Positions 52,501 through 58,500 of a DNA stretch of 61,178 nt are shown here, one piece after another. This DNA comes from Clostridia bacterium (GTDB lineage Bacteria > Bacillota > Clostridia > Christensenellales > DTU072). The DNA lies in assembly GCA_017476265.1 (NCBI GenBank), contig JAFVAC010000045.1, forward strand, positions 1 to 61,178. The letters run 5' to 3'. How positions within the stretch are numbered: position 1 is the first letter of the stretch; each line of letters opens with the position of its first letter. The notes below the pieces were generated by a model. The model saw only the letters and a list, made by a program, of their open reading frames with translations. It was not told where the DNA came from and searched no databases. The position numbers were made by a program, and so were the translations under genes.

Positions 52501-55500
52501 GGACTGATGGCGTACTTCTTTGAGATCGGTTTCTCCTTCAACGGGATCAACGCGCCTTTCCGCGAACTGTTCGATCAATACGCTTTGGTCAATACTGACT
52601 ACTACATTCTGACCGACGAGGCATTCCGTTCCGCTCTCGTCGCCGACTACGCTATACTCAATCCTTCGGCGACCGAAGTAACGGATATAGACAAAGCTTT
52701 TGCCGCGGTCAGACTGGTCTCGACCACTTCCGCGAGCGCGTACACGGGCGATCAAGCGACAAGTTATGCCCGCGTCAAGGCGGTCATTGCCGCGCTCAAC
52801 GATCCGAGCGCGCTCACTTCGGAGATCTTCGAGGACTACTATGCCGATCTTCTCAGCAAAGAAGAGGCGGAGCGTATGGAAAACGCGCTCAGATTGAAAG
52901 AACTGCTTTCTTCCGGCTCGATCGGCACGGAGATGCTCGACCTCATCACCTTTGACGAGATGAGCGAGATCCTCGAGCAGTATCTGTCCGTAGCCGAAGA
53001 GGACGCCGTCGTCGCTTTGTACGACGTGAGCTATGACGGCGCCGTCACGGCGAAAGCCTTCGACGCCTTCTATCTCGACGCTTTGGACAAGGTGGACGAC
53101 CTTGCCGAACTGAAGTTGGGTCTTGGCATTGCCGGAGCGGGCACCAGTATCAAGGTGGACTACACCCAGATCGTCAACAGCGAGACGGGCGCCTCCTCCA
53201 TTCCCGACATCATCCCCGACGTCGCGCCCGAAAGCGGCGGCGTCTCCAAGGGCGACTTCGTCGACTATACCGATCTGACGCTCCGACTCAACGTCAACGC
53301 CTCCTTGAGCATAGCCCTCGACCAAGGCAGCACGAGCATCAGCGAGATCCTGGGGCTGATCAATCTGCCCGTCGATCTCGACCTCGACGTAGAGTTTTTG
53401 GCGTCGCACACCTTGTACGTCACCATTGAAGGACAGCTGGGTATCAACTTCGCCAACTTCCTCTCCGGCGACAGCGACAAGATCAGCGACTCCGTCGTCG
53501 GCGAGCTGGCTCTGACCTACTATCTGATCGACCACGACGACTTGGGCGAGAACGTCCGCTTCCGTCAAGTATTGGTCCATCTGTGGATCTACGGACCGAA
53601 GGTCTACGGACAAGTGGAATTGTTCGACAGTCATCTGTCCGTCATATTGCCCATCGACATCGGGTCTATTCTGGTCGACAAACTCAACGTGGGCGGGTCC
53701 GATCCCGTCACCGACGCGGTCAATTCCTTCGTCCGTCAAGCCTATTACGGTGTGGACAAAGAGACCGCCGACGGTATGCTGAATCCGTTTGAAGAGTTCG
53801 TGACCGTCGCAAGGAACGCCGACAACACTCTTCAGGATATCGTCAAGGTCCTGCTCCGCATCGACACCGACGAGACGGTCCTTGTCTTGACGGCGGACAT
53901 TCTCAGCGAAGTGGTCAAGGTTATGTTCGACCAGCAGAACCTCACCCGTGAGATGCAGGATCTGGTCCACCTCGTCTTCACCGAGGGTGAAGTGGCGATC
54001 GAGTACGGCGACGACTTCGCCGTCAAAGTGGGCATTCATAAGTCCAGCGACGAGCAGTACGACTATGCCGGATACGACATCGAACTGAGCCTTTTGCACG
54101 ATACGATGGTCAGCCTGGACAAGGACGTCTACGACGATCTGTACGACGGCATAACGGAGTTTGACAAAGAGGGCGGATTCGATTCCTTCTTCCCGTTCAA
54201 CCTCAATATGGATCCCGAGGCGAGCACGATCGAAGTCCTGCGCTCCGTCATCGGCAACCGTACCAACCTCAGCTTCTCCCTGTATGTGGAAAGCGATATG
54301 TTGAAGAACGTGCTCGACTGGTCCAAACTCTTCAACGTGCAAGAAGTGGCGACCTACTTCCAGCTGCGTATCCTCAACAACGCGCACGGAAGACTGCGCC
54401 TGGAATTCGCGCTGGATATCGACATCGAGGAGATCACTTTCGACTTCTATATCCGCGCTTACAATACCGACGAAAAGAACATCTTCAACGTCTACTACGT
54501 CGGCGGCATCCTCAACTTCGACGGGGACGAGGGAGAACTGAATCCGCGTTTCTATATGGACAGCGGAGACTTCGGTCACGACAAACTCCTGTTTACGCCG
54601 CAACACGGTATTAACTTCTTGGGGATAAACTTCGTCAACATCTTCTTCGCATTGATCGGTAACGACTATCGCTACGACCTTATGCCCACCAACGCCGCCG
54701 TTAACGCCGACGACGAAGGTGAGAGCGTGACGGACATCCTGATGCGCGTAGACTGGAGCCAGGTCGTAGAGAGTATCACCTTCGGCAAAGGCACCATCGG
54801 TATCAAATTGGCGTCCGGCGTCATTAAGGCATTCTTGGGGGCGTTCTTCGAGTTTGACTTTGACGACCTTGGGAATATCAACCTCGAATTGGACAACGTC
54901 GCCAACACGCTTAAGATCACGTTGCCGCTCGACCCGCCCATCAGGGCGGAGGACGGCTCGGTCCTCAACGAGAGCAAGATGAGCTTCATCGTAGGCTTAT
55001 CCGACGTCAACGTCTCGGTAGGTGAGAGAGAGAACTTCTTCGGCGAGGAAGCCGGACTGAAGGGCAGCACGCTCTCCGAGCGCTTTGCCGGATACGAAGA
55101 TATCGACCAGTACGTCTGGGTGGCGGAACTCAACAGCTCCCTCCACGTCAACGACGACTTCAACACCGTCCTCGACCTGACCGGCGTGACCAGCCGTCTC
55201 ATCAACGGGCTCGCCCTCAACATCCTCTCGGGAGACGATCTGGACATCGAGATCCTGTTCGCTCTGCGCGTCTACGTTGACTTTGCCGATCTTGCCAATA
55301 TGCGCTTCGAGCTGGAAGTCTCTCACGGCGACGGCAACGGCGTCTCCACCGGACGGATCCTGGATATCAAGTACGTCGGCGCTCCCGACAACGGCACTTT
55401 GTACGTCGATCTTGACGGACTGGGCTATCCCAAGGTCAGTATCGGCGGCGTCAATCTCGGCGGATTGGTCAAGGAGTTGCTTAGAAAACTGGAGACCAAC

Positions 55501-58500
55501 ATTGTCGGCGACGATGAAGAAGCCTCCAACGCGGACGGCACCGTCACCAACGACGTCTCCGACGCCGAAAAACTCGCCAAGCAGTACCCCGACATCTCTT
55601 CGATGGAGTTCGGACAGAATATGCTCCTGTTCGTGTACTCGCACGAGGAAGTCAGCATTGCCATCACCGGCAGTTTGCTTCTGACCCTCCTCAACAACTT
55701 GAGCGACGTGTTGGTGGAAAACGGCGGCTCCGCCCTGCCCGACATCCTGCTCACATTGCCGGAGTTCTCTTATCTGAAGATCGGGCGCGACGACGCCGAC
55801 CACGTCAGCGGTATCCAACTCGTGCTGGACGAGAATAAGCAGTTCTCTATCCGCTACAACGTGGACAAGAGCTACTCGCACTTGAAGAAGCGCGACGACC
55901 TCGTTGACGTCACCGATATGACCGTCGTCAACGACAGAGACGCGTCCGACTATACGAGCATCGACGCGATCAAGAACGTCCACATCTCGCTGGAGCTCGA
56001 TCTGACCTTGCAGACCGTCAATCCGCAGACCGGCGAAAAGAGCGAGATCATCTCCGGGTTCGAAGACCTTCTGGAGAATCTGCTCGGATTGCAGGACGGC
56101 ACGATCATGTTCGATTTGCAAGACACCGTCACCACCGTCGCCATCATCCTCGACGTGGCGGTGGACCTCGCCAACCCCGAAAACTCGGTCATCCGTATCG
56201 ACATCGACTACAACGACGACACTCTTATCGGACTGTACTATGTGGGTGGCGTGCTGTACGTTGACCTCGGCAGACTGGGACTCTTCCGCGCCAGCATCAA
56301 CGGCATTGACCTGGCGTCCATCTTGGGCGAACTGCTTACCGGAGACCTCTTCACCGAAGAGGGCGTGGACGTAAGCGGACTGCTTGCCGGACTCCTGAAC
56401 GCCGAAAGTCTGACCGAAGGCGCGACCGGCACCGTCACCAAGTCCAGCAGCTTCATTCGTCAGGAGACTCTGGCGTCCGCTATCGACGACTTTGTGGCGG
56501 CGATGGGATCTCTGGCTTCGTCGGGGATCAACAGCGGCTACACCTACGACCAGGTCTACTCCATGTGGAGTCTGATGTCGTACGCCGAAGTGACCGATCT
56601 GAACAACGTCTCCGCCTCCGCGCGCACAGAGATTTTGGACAAGGCCACCGAGGGAATGCACGACGACTGGAGCTCTTTCTTGGGATACGACTTCGAGTCC
56701 TATCTGACCGAAGCGAAGAAGGTATTCGCCGCGGCGACCAAGGACTATGGCAAGAAGACCGTCGACGAACTCAAAGAGATCCTCTCCGTAGAGACCGACG
56801 CAAACAAGAAACTCGCCACCAACCTCTACGTCGCGCAACTGACGACCTTAGTGGATCTGTTGGAGGCGGAGAGCATCCATGCCCTCACCTTCGACGAGAT
56901 GAGCGAGTCTCTTGTCAGATATATTGCCAAAGAGTACTTGTGGGATAAGACGGTGGAATTGAACGGCGCGACGCTGAGCGCGATGGACTTCATCTATCCG
57001 ACCGAGAGACTGTTCCGGAAAGCCATCAACGACACGCTCAATGCGATGACCGCGACGTACAAGGGCGTCTCCGTACAGGCTCTGGGCGATCTCCTGGTCG
57101 CTACGAAGAATATCCTGGAGTCCGATCCCGACTATGCGGACGGATATGGGACCTGGCAGTACAAGAACCTGTCCAAAGACTTCGTCAAGACGATGATCGT
57201 CAGCGTCATCAACGCGGCGCGGGATCGCCTCGACTCCGCCTACGGTCTGGACGACGACACCTATAAGTCGATGCGCGCCCAAGCCCTCGCCAAGTTCGGC
57301 ATCTACGAGACCGACACCAAGACGGCGACGGGTACGGTGGGCAGTTCCGGTCAGGCGCTCATCAACGTCATCCTCGAAAACGACAGCGTCAAGATCAACC
57401 CGAACGCGCGCGTTCTGACCCTGCTCCTGTCCCGTATCATGCCGGGCAAGAACATCGTCATCCCCAACTTCAATCGGCTGGAGATTTCTATGGACACCAT
57501 GGCGGGGCTCAACAATCTGAGCGTCTCCTTGCGTCTGGACGAACAGGGCAACAGGCTCAACCTTGCGGTGCCGGTCGGAGGTCTCAGTCTGGTTATCAAC
57601 GACGGCGTGGGCGTCCTCTCCGGTGGCAGGGATATGTCTCTGTCCGAAGTGGTCAGTCTGCCCGATACGCTGAGCGAATTCGGCGGGTTGACCGGACTGT
57701 CTCTGAATGCGTCCGGATTCAATCTGTCCACGACCGCTTTGGTCAACAGCATTCTGGACAGCATCTTCATTGACAATCTGTGCATCTATCTGGAGCACAG
57801 AGCGGACTACTGGACCAGAAAGGACCTCTTCCGCAAGTACCCGGTGGCGGACGCGACCGGACCGACCCGCTATGCCGACGAGGACGACGGATACCTCGGC
57901 GACAACGTGGCTGCGATGAAGTGGCTCTTGAAGATCGTCAACGTGATCCACAACATCTACAATATCTACGCGACCTTCAAAGAGGGCAAGTGGCTGGGCT
58001 ACATCACCGGTGGCGCGGGCGCTATCTCCTCCATGTTCGCCGACGATATCAAAGAGCCTGTCTTTATGCGCAACCAGTACGCGCGTGGCAAACTGGCGGT
58101 CACCAAGACGCTCGAAAACTACATCGACGCCGAGATCGGCACGCCCTCCTACAAGCAGGGTACCATCGTCGCGCACATCGACAGTGCCCGACTCTTGCTC
58201 GAACTGGGCGTAGAACTGGTCGTCAACATCTTCATCTTCAAACTGGACATCGGCAATATGTTAAAGGGGATGAAGTCGGATGACAGCGAAGTCACGCACA
58301 ACGGTCTCGACCTAACTAGTCTGATCGGTCTCGCCATCTTCCCCGACTCTCTCTTCCCGGAGAAATCCGACGCGGGCAGCAGCGGAGCTTTCTACGGACA
58401 TGTGACCGACCAGGACGGCAACCCAATCGTCAACGCCAACATCTCTATCAGCAACTCCCGTGGCGATCACCGTACCGCCAAGACGGACGAAAACGGCTAC

